In this document: positions 38,130 to 51,100 of the stretch, piece after piece | How the letters are laid out: each line of letters begins with the position of its first letter | Position numbering within the stretch: position 1 is the stretch's first letter | Assembly: GCA_035221665.1 (NCBI GenBank) | Contig: CM069163.1 | Coordinates: 17,484,001 to 17,548,000, forward strand | Direction: 5' to 3' | Origin: Okamejei kenojei | Taxonomy: Eukaryota | Length of the DNA stretch: 64,000 nt | Made by a program: the position numbers and the translations under genes | Notes under the pieces: generated by a model | Databases searched by the model: none | What the model saw: the letters and a program-made list of their open reading frames with translations, nothing else | Told to the model about the DNA's origin: nothing

Positions 38130-39265
38130 AGTAAGGCTTTTGATGGGTCCCTCGTGGTAGCTGGTCCAGAAGATTTTGATGTACGGGATTCACAATGACT
38201 GTGAAGATTCGGAACTGGCCTTATTCATAGAAGAAAGGTTGTGGTGGGAGGTAGATATTCTGGCTGGAGGTCTGTGACCAGTGAAGTTCCGCAGGGATTT
38301 GTGCTGGAACCTCTGTTGTTTGTGATATATACAAAGACCTAGACATGGAGATTGGTTGGTGAGTACGTTTGCTGCTGATGCAAAAATTGGAGGAGTTGCA
38401 GACAGAGGAAGGCTGTCAGAAGATACAGTGAGATATAGATCAGCTCCAGAAATGGGCCGTGAAATGCCAGATGGACTTTAACCCGAACAAGTGTGAGATG
38501 TTTCACTTTGAGAGGTTGAATGTATGCCGAGAGTGTACAGTTGATGGCAGGACCCTTAACAGTAATGATGTGCAGATGGATTGTAGAGTCCACAATGTTC
38601 ATAAGGTGGCATCACAAGTAGATAGGGTGGTAAGAAGGCATATACGATATGTCTGTCTTCGTTGCTCGGGTCATTGAATATAAGAATCAGGAAGTCATGA
38701 TGCAGCTCTATAGGACTTTGGTTAGGCCGCATTTGGAATATTTCATGCAGTTCTGGTCACCCCATTACAAGAAAGATATCAAAACTTTGGAGATGGTGAA
38801 GAGGAGGTTTTCCAGAATGCTGCCAGGATTAGAGGGGTTCAAAAAAAAAAAAAAAAAAGGAGAGGTTGGATAGACTTGGATTGTTTTCTCTGGAATGTAG
38901 GAGGTTGAGGGGAGACTTGATAGAAGTATTTAAAATTTATGAGAGGCATAGATATGGTAAACAGTCAGAACCTTTTTCCCTAGAGGTCATAGCTATAAGG
39001 TGAGATTGGGAAAGTTTACTGGAGAAGTGGTGGGTACGTTATTATTACGCAGAGGGCGGTGGGGGCCTGGAACGCATTGCCTGGGATGCTGGTGGAAGCA
39101 GATACAATAGTAGTGTTTAAGAGGCTTTTACAAAGGCACTAGCAAGTGCAGGAATAAAGGGATATGAATCATGTGCAGGCATAAGAGATCACACTCAGTT
39201 GGGCATCACGCTCAGCATGAACATTGTGGGCTGAAGGGCCTGTGCCTGTGTTGAATTGTTCTATG
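38130..39265 (+). mobile_element. CR1-clade LINE, 3' ORF2 (RT) fragment
   Basis: SEVPQGFVLEPLLFVIY, FAADAKIGG, QLYRTLVRPHLEYFMQFWSPHYKKDI...KRRFSRMLPGL, and the 3' gggctgaagggcctgt end. Confidence 0.9.
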
Positions 39266-40009
39266 TACGAAACAGGAGAAGGTTGATGTAAAAAGAGAGG
39301 ACAAAATTGTCCTATTGGAAATATTTACCGGCACTTTCTTTTTGAGGTGAGGTAGTTGTCTCTTGAGGAAAGATTGAGCAGAGTGGGCATAAACTTTCTA
39401 TAGTTTTGAAGAGGAAATGCTGATCCCTGAAATAAAAATTGTGAGAAGCTAAACGGGGGTCAATGCTATGAAGATGTTTCCTTTACAGTGTACAGTTTCA
39501 GTTTAATAAATGGTTGACCACTAAGACTGAGTTGAGGACGAACCTCTCCTCTTAGAGGATAGTGAATCTCCAGTATTCTCTTCCCAGAGAGCCTGAGATG
39601 CTGTGTCATTGAACATATTAATTATTTAGGAATACAGTTATAGGGATTGGGCAGGAATGTGAAGTGATGGCCAAAGACCAGATTAGCTATGGTCTTGTTG
39701 AAGGGTCTTGCAGTATACCCAATCCTGCTTCTTGAGTTCTTATGACCAATGACTAAATGCAGCATTATATTCCTTGGGATTGATGTGATCATTAAGGAAA
39801 TGGCATTTCTCTCTCTCCCTCAGAATAAAAAAAAGGTCCGCCAAAAATCTTTATAGAATTAAATGTCTCTTAACGCATGGCCTTGGATTCATAAATATAG
39901 ATGCTTCAATTCGCTGTGGATTGTTCTGTTCTGTTCAATCCTTCTTCATCCAGCTCATCATCCAGCAGAATCATTAACATTAAATAAGAGACTAATACCA
40001 TTATTATTC

Positions 40010-40162
40010 ATGGTAAACTAATAACATTATTATTAATGTTTAGTGTTTTATGAGTCATTCGTAACTGTCACTGTATGTCATGTTGTTACTCGTGGGCGGA
40101 GCACCAAGGCAAATTCCTTGTATGTGAATACTTGGCCAATAAACGTACTTACTTATACTTAC
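40010..40162 (+). mobile_element. 3' end of the same Rex1/Babar family
   Basis: Reverse complement of 43310-43440. Ends aataaacgtacttacttatacttac. Confidence 0.75.
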
Positions 40163-40264
40163 ATTGGAGGCAATAAGAATTAATAGGCAGCATCAACACT
40201 CATTCCATTTCATGTACAAATAAACAATTAGATATCAAGATTTCTAAAGTGGGGCATTAGATTG

Positions 40265-41040
40265 TAGAAACAAGGAACTGCAGATGTTGGGTTACAAAAA
40301 AAGACACAAATTGCTGGATTAACTCAGGTCAGGCACTTCTCTGGAGAACATGGATAGGTGACATTTCAGCTGGGGACACTTTTTCAGATTGATTGTGATG
40401 GGTGTTGATAGGCAGATGGTTGGACAAAGGCCAGAGATGAAAAAAAAAACAAAGGATAAGGATAGAAGAGTTGCAAATTGTGAAGTCAGAGGAAGGAACG
40501 TAGATGGACTGGGATAAAATAAATGGGTGCTGGTGGGACACAGGGAGGGGGCAATATGGGTGCTGGGAAGAAGGGTTTTGGTTAGTTACCTAAATTGAAC
40601 AATTCCATATTCATATTGTTGGGTTGTACACTACCCAAGCAGAATATGAGATGCTATTCCTCCTGTTTGAGTGTGGCCTCACTCTAGCAATGGAGGCGGC
40701 CCAGGCCAGACAAGTCAATATGAGAAAAAGGAAGATCAGTTGCAATGGTTAGCAATCGGAAAATCCAATAGGTCTCGGCAGACCGAGTGCAAAAGTTCAA
40801 AGAAACAGTTGCAGTCTTGCTGATGTACAGGAGGCCTCATCAGGAACACTGGATGCAATAGAGGGGGTGCACGTGAACCTCTATCTCACCTGGAAGGACT
40901 GCTGGGGTCCCTGGATGGATGTGAGGGGGGAGATACAGGGGCAGGTGTTACATCTCCTGCAATTGCAGGGAAAGTACCTGATGTGGGGTGGTTTTGATGG
41001 AAAGGGATGAGTGAACCAAGGAATTGCGGAGGGAGTGGTA
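40265..41040 (-). mobile_element. Degenerate Penelope-like element 3' portion
   Basis: Reverse complement aligns by eye with 28000-28700 (CCAGGGACCCCAGCAGTCCTTCCAGGTGAGATAGAGGTTCAC, then the tail). Confidence 0.75.
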
Positions 41041-41929
41041 AAGATTGCTTGTCTTTATATTAACGCCAGCTGCACTGGTAACAATACTGAACTTAATTGA
41101 GGGTTTCAAAACTCAAAATAAACTGACTTACATATATCGGGTATTGTATTAAACAGGCTTGAATTTACCAACAACTTTCTGCTGTTACCAATTATCCAAA
41201 TAGTTAGTTATACACTAGATTGCCACTGGGGACAATGGTGATTGGCAGGGTCCTGCTGGCTACTGAATTATTTGACCTTAGCTGACGTGCTAATGGATGG
41301 CATGTTACAAGGAAACAATCAATCCTATATACATTACAGGGACCAAAGCAAACAATGTAAAGAGAAACAGCGTGCCTGTGCCCAGTTGAGCCCATATTGG
41401 ATGCCCTTCTACACTAAGCAAGCTAACCATTTGCATAATAACTAGAAGACCTACAATCTTTTGAGAGAAAGAAATCTCAACAAATACAACTCACATACTT
41501 GTATATAAATCAATTAACACTGGTTCATGTACATGGACAAGATGGGGATGTTAGAGGTGTTGAGCAATCATAGTGATTGAAAAATAACACATTTTAAAAA
41601 GTATGATAAAGGGTGATTTTACACTAAAAGCATCATTCAAGTAATACATACCCAATACATGTTACACAGTATTTATATGGATAGTTACACAATTATATTT
41701 TTGTAGATAATTTGAACACTATACTATTGAAGAGGCTGCACCTTTTCTTGTTGTTACATTTATTATATAAATTACATAATCACAACTTCATAATAGGACG
41801 GAACATTCACAAAGAAAAGGGTCATTCAATAATCAGTCAATGCAGGTATTGCTGAAGCCAGTGGTGTTGGAGCCTTCTTCTATTGTTTCCTTATCCAACC
41901 ATCATAACCTGCTGATAAACGTTCTATTA

Positions 41930-42540
41930 TCCTCAACTTTTCTCTTGAGGCCAATTATGTTACAGTCATTATTACTGGATGCTCATCTCTTTCCAGCTCT
42001 GGTTCATTCACCATTGCCCGATCAGGTGGTGAGTCTTTCCTTTTGGTGTAGTAGTCTACACCCTTTATGAACTCCATTTCCTTATCCTCTTTACCCGCTC
42101 TGCTGCCTGTTAGTTTCAGTGGAGTTAAAATTCCCCATGAATATTATGTTCGATGGATGGTCTGAATACTATTGCTTTTGTTATTGATCCTTAAGTACTT
42201 TCCTTTTCGAATGTAGATTCACTTTTGTTTTACTGATGAACTGGAATTATTTTACCTTTGTTTGCTTTAATGCTTCACCTTTCTTTTGCTCTGATCAATG
42301 TTTTTTTTTTAAATGCTACCGTGATTAATTTATTCTAATAATCTGGATCCATGCACTATATTAATCCTTACAATCCTTTTTTTGTTTTAAACTTCATGTA
42401 TTTTAGCATATGGACAATTTGACATTATTAACGTGATTTCCTCTCATTTTATTTTAACCACCGCTTTACGTTTATTCTTATAACCCTATTTATTCCTGAT
42501 CCAGTTAAGACCAACATGTTTTATAGATGAGAATGGCACA
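41930..42540 (-). mobile_element. Very old LINE (CR1-like) AP-endonuclease remnant
   Basis: Minus-strand fragments NIIFMGNFNS (42121-42150, cf. IIMGDFN), TKRKDSPPDRAMVNEPEL (cf. PTRGEAILDLVLGNEPGL) and NNDCNII (cf. NSDHNII), with many stops. Confidence 0.5.
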
Positions 42541-42702
42541 TCCAAGAAAAGACACAAAATGCTGGAGTAATTCATCAGGTCAGGCAACATCCTTGGAGAA
42601 CATGATTAGGTGATGTTTTGGGTCGGGACACATCTTCAGACTTGAATCACCTATCCATGTTCTGACCAGCTGAGTTGCTATTTCTACAATTGTATATCAA
42701 GT

Positions 42703-42739
<37 letters not shown>
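42703..42739. repeat. Compound (AC)n(AT)n microsatellite
   Basis: Directly visible. Confidence 0.95.
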
Positions 42740-43309
42740 AAATATACATGTATATATTGGCACCCTTCTTCAGTAAGGGGGTGAAAGATGTATAAGGGAG
42801 GTGGAGCAGAACTAAGCCAGACAAGTGATAGGTGGATAACAGCAAGAGATTAGCAGGAATCATAGGAGGGGTGTAGTGAGAGAGGGTCTCACAGAGCTGG
42901 CAGAGAGAGGAGGAGAACTTCTTCAAACAGGACAAACTTGAGAAGATTCACAGTGGAGCAGTAAAGTGGGGACACTAGGGTCTGCAGATGCCGGAATCTT
43001 GAGCAAAACACAACGTGCTGGAGTGTACTCAGTGGGTCAGGCAGCATCTGTGTGGGATATGAATAGACAATGCTTCACGTCAGGGTCCTTCCTCAGTCAG
43101 GTGTCAGCTGAGGATATTGTTTTTTTATGTTTGTTTACAAATTAATAGAAGTACACCCAAAAATCGGGCAAATCTGCTAGTCTGGCACCCTTCTAGTCCC
43201 CAGAATGTTGGATTATTGAAATATATTACATAGAATATGAAGAATATTACATAAAAAGCAAAAACACTATAGATGCTGGAAATCTGAAAAAATAGAAAAT
43301 GTTAAGTAC

Positions 43310-43917
43310 GTAAGTAAGTAGGTTTATTAGCTATGTATTCACATACAAGGAATTTGCCTTGGTGCTCCGCCCACAATATGACATACAGTGACAGTTACGA
43401 ATGACTCAGAAAACACTAAACAGTAATAAATCATTAATATAAAACACCATTGATCAAGCATGCGAACCAACAAAATGCCAGATCAAAGGGAGGCTACAGA
43501 TTTTTGACTGTTGAGTAGAGCAACTACTCGTGGATAAAAACTGTTTTTATGTCTGGCTGTGGCAGCTTTGACAGTCCGGAGTCGCCTTCCAGAGGGAAGT
43601 GATTCAAAGAGTTTGTGGCCAGGGTGAGAGGGGTCAGAGATGATCTTGCCCGCTCGCTTCCTGGCCCTTGCAGTGTACAGTTCATCAATGGAGGGAAGTT
43701 GCAGCCAATAGCCTTCTCTGCTGATCAGACGATTCGCTGCAGCCTCCAGGTGTCGTGCTTGGTGGCTGAGCCAAACCAGACCATGATGGAGAAGGTGAGG
43801 ACAGACTCTACGATAGCCGTATAGAACTGGACCATCATTGCCTGTGGCAGATTGTGCTTCCTCAGCTGCCGCAGGAGGTACATCCTCTGTTGTGCCTTTT
43901 TGACTGTGGAGTCTAAG
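43310..43917 (-). mobile_element. Rex1/Babar-type LINE 3' fragment
   Basis: KKAQQRMYLLRQLRKHNLPQAMMVQFYTAIVESVLTFSIMVWFGSA, with a (CTTA)n tail. Confidence 0.82.
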
Positions 43918-45097
43918 GTAGAAAAACCCAACAGGTCATAGAATCCTTTTATACTATCTTGTCCATTACTAATATTTTCTCATGTATGGCCCATATCCCT
44001 TTACATTTTTCTTTTCCCAGTATCTGTCCTAATGACTTTTTAATATTATAACTGTTTCTGCCTCCACCACGTCCTCCGGCAACTTGTTCCAGATATTCAA
44101 CACCCTCTGTGCGGAAAAACCTACCCCTCAAATCCTCCTGAAATGTCTCTGTTTTCACCTTAAACCTGTGTCCCCAATTATAAACTGCACTGTACTGCAA
44201 AGAAGACTGACTGTCCATCCTATTTTTCTCCCTCTTAATTTTATGAACGGGTATAAGGTCAGGCTGTATCTGTTGGGAGAGAAGTGGAGTTAATGCTTTG
44301 TGTCAAGGAACTTTCATCAGAATTGAGAAGAATTGGCAATCAAATCTGTTTTAAATAGCACAGCAGCGAGAGTGTTAGAGAGAGCAAGAGTCAAGAGTGT
44401 TTGATTGTCAAATGTACTGACAATGGAACAATGAAATTCTTACTCGCCACAGGTGTATGCAATAGTGCGCAGGCTGAGAGGCAGAGAATTGTGGAGACCT
44501 GTTGACCAGTTGATCTATCTAGAGGGGACAGAAATGGAAGGAGATGAATGAAAACAGGAGATTGAGAGAAAGAGAAAATTGTGAGAACTGCGAGATATAA
44601 AACATCGCTGATTTTGGACATTGAGATAAAGCAGAGAATGCTACAAATACTTAGCAGATATGCAACACATATGGTGGGAGGAAAACAGGATTCACATTGC
44701 AGGTTGATGAGCTGAGATCAAACTGATCAGACTGGTCACTTGAAATTGTGGAATTAAGTCCCTCAGTGCTTTGATGTGTCTTGTTGAAAAGTGAGACAGC
44801 AACGTGACTGCAGATGTTGGAAATCTGAAATAAAAAAGAAAATGCTGGAAATACTCAGCAGGACAGGCAGCATCTCCAGAGAGAGAAACAGTTGTTCTGA
44901 AATGTTAATTCTCAATTTCTCTCTACAAATACTACCGACCAGCTGAGTATGTCCAGCATTTTCTGTCTTTACGATAACTTGTATATATTGTAGGGAACGT
45001 GCTAAATTTATCCGCTGCATAGAATTGCAACAATACTTCAAACGTTGCATAGAATGATGGAGTTGGGATGTCAAATCACAACGTTACAAAATACTGG

Positions 45098-45230
45098 ATA
45101 AACAAGGAACTGCAGATGCTGGTTTACAAAAAAAAAAGACAAAGTACTGGCGTAACTCATCGGGCCAGGCAGCATCTCGGGAAAACATAGATAGGCAACA
45201 TTTCAGGTCAGAACCCTTCTTCAGACTGAT
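45098..45230 (-). mobile_element. Short PLE-derived element
   Basis: aaggaactgcagatgctgg...catttcaggtcagaacccttcttcagactga, flanked by AAAATACT repeats. Confidence 0.7.
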
Positions 45231-45613
45231 TAAAATACTTGTAAGTAGGATGTGATTGTCTTGGAATGGGTGTTGAGGAGATTCTCCAGGATGTTGCCTG
45301 GATTGGAGGTGAGCTAGTGACACTGTCACATTTAACAAGCACCAAGGAGACTGCCTGAACTAACAGCCCAATGTACCCAATAGGGGTAAATGGGATTAGT
45401 GTAGATAGGTACAACGGGTTGCATGGACATAGTGGGCCGAAGGGCCTGCGTCTGTGTGGTGTGAATTTGTGTGTGATTTCCAGCCGTCCTAAACCAACTC
45501 CAATTCTCCCCACGCACACAAGCTGCCCAGCCCTTGCACCTGTGTGAGCGGTCATCCCGGGCTGTCCCCACCTTTGTGCAATGGGGCAGAGCCACAAGGG
45601 CTGAGGGCAGAGA

Positions 45614-45616
<3 letters not shown>

Positions 45617-45665
<49 letters not shown>
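45617..45665. repeat. (GA)n microsatellite
   Basis: Directly visible perfect dinucleotide run. Confidence 0.97.
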
Positions 45666-45669
<4 letters not shown>

Positions 45670-45946
45670 GGGATGCGGGGAACGAGCTGGGTCTGGGTAC
45701 AAGTGCGAAGAGGGGAGCAGCCAGTTTACCCGGGGGGTGAGGGCAAAGCTCGTTGTGTCTGCACGGACCCCGGCTACAGCTTGCGTTAATGAACAGGCTG
45801 GCGAACGGCTGTCTGTCTGCTCACTCGCTGAAGCTGCAGCCAACGCGTGGTGCCTGGGTCTGTGGGCACCGCGGGCTGCGAGGCTGCCTGAGCAGAGAGC
45901 GGCTGCTTTATCCGTTCCGTTGTCTTTTCCTGCCCTGTTCCACTAT

Positions 45947-45985
45947 CCCCCCCCCCCCCCCCCCCCCCCCCCCCACACACACACA
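45947..45985. repeat. Poly-C tract followed by (CA)n
   Basis: Directly visible. Confidence 0.95.
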
Positions 45986-46503
45986 CCCCCTTCCCCAAGA
46001 GAACCCCGAGAGAGAGCCTCGCTCTTGGCGTCAGCCGGTGCCCGGGGCAGAGGGGCAGTGGGACAGAGGGGCTGGGTTGTGGGCTTGCATCTCAGGACAA
46101 GTGTCTGAGTAGAGTTGGTGGGTGGGTGAGTGAGTGAGTGGGTGGGTGAAGCGAGGTGGACTCGCCCATCCTCCCCCCCTCTCCCCGCTCCCCCACCTCC
46201 ATCACCAGCTCCCCATCAATTCCCGCTGGGGCTTGATTGCATTTTCATGAGCTGGGAGGCAGCTCCTGACGGTCATTGGCGAATGGTGGCGGTGCCGCGG
46301 ATTGTCAGGAGGGTGATGCTCCCGTGCCCAGCACCGTCTCCGGGACTGCGCCAGACCCCCCTCACCCCATCCAGCATCTGTAGATGTCTGTGTAACGGCA
46401 CCGCGAGATATCAGGCAGTAATTCAAGCCGAGGGTGTGGGAGGAACCCGGCTCAGTCCTTGTTAAGATCCTGGATTACACACATCTCTTTGGAGGAGGCG
46501 AAA

Positions 46504-46584
46504 ATGACAGACAAGTGCAGTTTGTGGAGCGCGATCTCGGCGGCAGCGTGCTGCTTCTACCGAGGCTCCTTCATGCAAGTCCAG
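46504..46584 (+). CDS. SH2D3C: Alternative first coding exon B of SH2D3C (MTDKCSLWSAISAAACCFYRGSFMQVQ)
   Basis: AAAATGA start and CAG|gtaagg donor, 27 codons, phase 0 (same as the end of exon 3). Near-identical to the recalled human isoform N-terminus MTERCSLWSALSAAACCFYRGSFVQVQ. Lies in a GC/CpG-rich region. Confidence 0.88.
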
Positions 46585-47649
46585 GTAAGGAGAGCACGAA
46601 ACACCGGCAACAAACACTGTGCCTGCAGCTCGCCTGCCTGCGCGGTCCCCACACGGGGAGGGAAGCCAGGCTGCGGCACACGGGGCCGGCATTCTGCAAA
46701 CCGCTACTTTATGAATGAGATTTGCCAGGTAGTAATTGTACACTGTTCCATCCCGCCTGCTTGCTTTCGACTGAGGGAAGGTTGGATTCCTTAAGTAATC
46801 CCATCGCGTTGGCTTTGTACACTTCTACAGATAGCGTTTGAATCAGCAACATTATATATGTATATATTTTATACACAATTAAGAACTCATGTACGGATGG
46901 ATTACAGTTAAACAAATGGCAGTAAAGGTTGGTTTTATCGAGTATGGTACAAGGGTGGTATACAGACACATATACAAGCAATTTCTGAAATTACACTTAG
47001 ACAGTCGGAGTGGTCCATGCACGGGGTACCTAGCAGAATGAGAGGGGGGGACCAGGGTCGAACAGTATAGGCAGAGACACACACACGTAATGCTATTCAG
47101 AGGGATAGCTACAAACGATGCAAAGAGACGGAGATGGGAATGATTCAGATCTGGGGAGAAACTGAGACATAACCAAGAAAATGAGACTTGGATGAAGAGG
47201 CGCAATGGGCTGTGTGTATAGGGACTGAGACATGGGGACGTGGAGGGAGAGATACGCGCGGACACACAGTGAGACAAAGCTAAAACCCAGACCCTCGGGG
47301 AAACACAAAGGCTCATACCTATAGGGTCACAACAGCACACCTACTGATGGGACAGATACAGGGCGAGAGGCAGTGACTGGCTCGGTGCCTGATCCAGTGT
47401 GTGATGGAAATGCTGATCTTCCACGATCAGTCAGTCCATGCACTCGGTGATGTCATGCGGTGACTCTGCTTCGTGTCCTCACTGAGCGCTGCTGGAATTT
47501 GAAGTATGGCCCGTGTCCCATGTTCATGGTATGATAACACTCAGAAATGTTTCAGGGCCCAGCGGTTTCTTGACGCTGGCTCAGACCAGGTCGGTGCCTG
47601 TGCCGTCATGATTCACCCGCCCACAAATGCACCGTTCATTCAACACCGG

Positions 47650-48105
47650 CCAATAGACAATAGGTGCAGGATTAGGCCATTCGGCCCTTCGAGCCAGCAC
47701 CGTCATTCAATGTGATCATGGCTGATCATCCACAATCAGTACCCCGTTCCTGCCTTCTAACCATATCCCCTGATTCCGTTATCTTTAAGAGCCCTATCTA
47801 GCTCTCTCTTGAAAGTATCCAAAGAACCGGCCTCCACCGCCCTCTGAAGCAGAGAATTCCACAGACTCACAACTCTCTGTGTGGAAAAGTGTTTCCTCAT
47901 CTCCGTTCTAAATGCCTTACCCCTTATTCTTAAACTGTGGCCCCTGGTTCTGGACTCCCCCAACATCGGGAACACGTTTCCTGCCTCTAGCGTGTCCAAA
48001 CCCTTAATAATCTTATATGTTTTCAATAAGATATCCTCTCATCCTTCTAAATTCCAGAGTGTACAAGTCCAGCCGCTCCATTCTCTCAGCATATGACAGT
48101 CCCGA
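47650..48105 (-). mobile_element. CR1 3' fragment
   Basis: KTYKIIKGLDTLEAGNVFPMLGESRTRGHSLRIRG, with a caatagacaatag tail. Confidence 0.88.
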
Positions 48106-51100
48106 GGTATGGCCAAGGTAGTAATGAATAATGAAGTGAGCTAAATCGGATGAGTATTGAACTTCCAGAATCCCACCGCACCTCCTTGTCACCCTCTTTC
48201 TCCTCTAACCCCCGCTTAATACAAGTGGAAGTGGCCGAAGGGTCATCGCCCTACAGTTAGTAAATGAGCCGCTTTACAAATAACTAAACACAACACGTTG
48301 ATGGCAATGGGTAGGTGGTGGTTACCAAGCAAGAGACCCTCCAGTTGTATCCCTCTGCGTTGGGCAGCTTTATATCGAAACACAAAGGAAGGAACTCTGC
48401 GGGCCAGGCAGCATCTGTGGGGGAAATGGATAGACAATGTTTCGGGGCGGATCCACTGTTCCTTCAACACTTTGTGCTTTGCTCAAGATCCCAGAATCTG
48501 CAGTTCCTTCACTTAGATTTCTGGTCCGGCCAAGACACATTCAGCCAGATCTGGATAATTGTATGGATAGTCCCTCCCTGGTTAAACGATGACACTCGGG
48601 GACGATCAGCAGCGAGATAAGGCACCAGGGAACCGCGGTCCCTCACTGCGGGAATCTTTGAACCAGTCCCACGCCCATACTTGGCAGAAGAAACAGACTT
48701 GGAGGAAATAGTTCGGAGCGAGCACTTGTCACATCAGGAGGAAATGCCGTGACAGAGGGAGCGTAAAAAAGCCCGCTCGCTCAGAGAGATGAACATAGGA
48801 TGCGTGCTTTGGAGATTCTGGCATGTTACTGTATGGAAAGTGCGAAGTAGACGGATGCTCAGTCGCTTCCTTGTAATGTGACTGAGCTAATGACGGCGTG
48901 GGGCAGCTGGATTAACGTGGGGAATGAAAACACCGCTCAATAGCACATTCCCTTCTCCTTGCGCCAGTATTCAATATTAATATAATGTTAAATCTTTGCT
49001 TTCGTTTTGTTAAGGGTTCTGATGACGACTATTGTCCTTCAGCGCCAGACAAATAACGATTCCCTAAGGTCAGCATCGAGGTGGCCAACAACAAGAAAGT
49101 CTGCCCTTTCCTCATAAAGAAGGCCTAAATTCAGAGATTGACCCAGTCCATGGGACCACAGATTTAGAATACCGATCTATGACTATTTCATTCCCCAGAG
49201 CCCCCCACCCACCCAACCCTGCCTAGGAAATACCTGTTCACAGCTGGATCTGTTCAGTGTAACACTTGCCCTTGGTCAACCCCTACCATGCTGGTGTTAA
49301 TGCTGATAGGCTATTTCATCGCAGCTGTGAGTCAGAGGTCTTCGTCCCAATTACACTCAGATGCGTTTTCAAGCAAGGATCAGCGGAGACAACCGCCTAT
49401 CTGCTTCCCTTCTGCAATCTATCACCAAAATACATACACAGACACACAACACAGATTAGGAATTGGGCAGTTACATCTGTGTCTCAATGATTCAGCTCCA
49501 TCAGCAGTATATTTATAAATAGGCCCGGGGGGGGGGGGGGGTTGGAGGATATACTGCAAATTAGCGTATTTGCAATGTAATCTCGTTCTTTCTAAATGTG
49601 TTCTTTATAATTGCAACGTGCACTGCACATTTTTTGCTCCAGGAAAACATTATCCGCTTTATTGATCACACATTGAAATGCAGACACTTGGCCACTCACG
49701 CGCCATTTCAGGCTCCATTAGAAAACCGATCTCATACAGAGAGAAGGTAGAAAAACAGAGAGAGCCGCTGCCGCCTCCCACCACCCCCCACCCACGCTGC
49801 TTTTAACCGCACAGGAGCAAGTTCTAAAAAGTTTCCAAAAATTGACCTGTGGAAATGAATTCACATGTAAAGATGAAAATATAAAATCTGAATTGCCATG
49901 GGAGTACAGAGAATGTTTACCGTTTCCAATCCATTGGAGGCACGCTGGAATCAATCTATATACAATGTGACGGGACAGCTAATGGATCTGTAATCTAGGC
50001 CGCCCATTCCAATATATATGTTTCTCAAGCACGGAGGCAAGGGCATGGCTCTTTAAATCAGTTGCCGGAACATCATTTTGTTCCCAATTTTAAATAATGT
50101 GCCGAATACTTGAAGTGAATTCACGTTCACTTTCACGAGGTGGAGGGCGGCAGAAATAACTGGTGTCCATTTCAACCCTCGGGGAGAAAAGAAAGGTGCA
50201 CAAATGATAAGAGAAACTGCCTCTGAGAAGATGACGTAACTAATAAATAACGATGAGCAGTCTCGGTTTAATAGACGAGTCAGGTGCCGGGTACAGACCC
50301 CATTACAATAACAGACCATCACCTCCGTTGAAACAGCGATTGGGGAAATGGCACCACGCTCATTTAGCTGCTACTCGCCGGCAATGGTTTAGAATCCTCA
50401 TTGAAACACCCAAAGCAACGACAGATCTAAAAACGCAATCAGCTGTGCGATTGTAGCGGGGAAACGTCATTTTTTGTTGCTGCTGCGTGTAATTCCTCCC
50501 TTTTTTTTTTAGAGAAAGGAGTGGTTGAAATCTAGCCAGTGATGATCTGGGAAGGCGCTGGCGCTGAGACAGCAAACTAACTCAGAGACAAGTTTCGAAA
50601 GGGATTGTGACAAATACTCGGGGCGGGAGATAATGGCAGAGATATGGATCAACAAAAGATAGCCGGGGGGGTGAGGAGAGGTTGGACTAAAATTGGATGG
50701 GCCGAACAGTCTCTAGCGAGAGCATGTTTTAAAAAATAAAATAAAATATTGGATCCAAAGACCAATTTAAGACAAAGAATGTGTTAAAATTCTGGTGGTA
50801 ATCTGGCCTCAGGCCGCGTGCTGTTTTCTTGTAAAATAGACACCAAATGCTGGAGTAACTCTGTGGAACAGGCAGCGTCTCCCTCTGAGCCCCAGAGATG
50901 CTGCTCGTTCCGCTGAGCTACTCCAGCATTTTTGTGTCTATCTTTGGTGTAAACCAGCGTCCGCAGCTCCTTCCTACATATTTCGTCCGCTATTGTCTTT
51001 TTTTGTGCGTAAGCTGTCCCATTGTTTAAGCTGTGCGGGACAGGAAAGCACGGCGGCTGCGAGAATGACATTGAAGGTCCGAGCGAGCAAGCAGCTGTAA

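Larger units (their letters stand above)
45670..46700 (+). promoter_or_regulatory. GC/CpG-rich internal promoter and 5'UTR region of exon B
   Basis: Sharp rise in GC and CpG relative to the flanks, no recognisable TE, C-tracts, adjacent (GA)n. Confidence 0.6.

Noticed and set aside
45208-46465. Long overlapping ORFs (211, 147, 119 and 111 aa)
   Set aside because: Products of microsatellites and high GC (SLSL, ERER, poly-Pro), with no recognisable domain.
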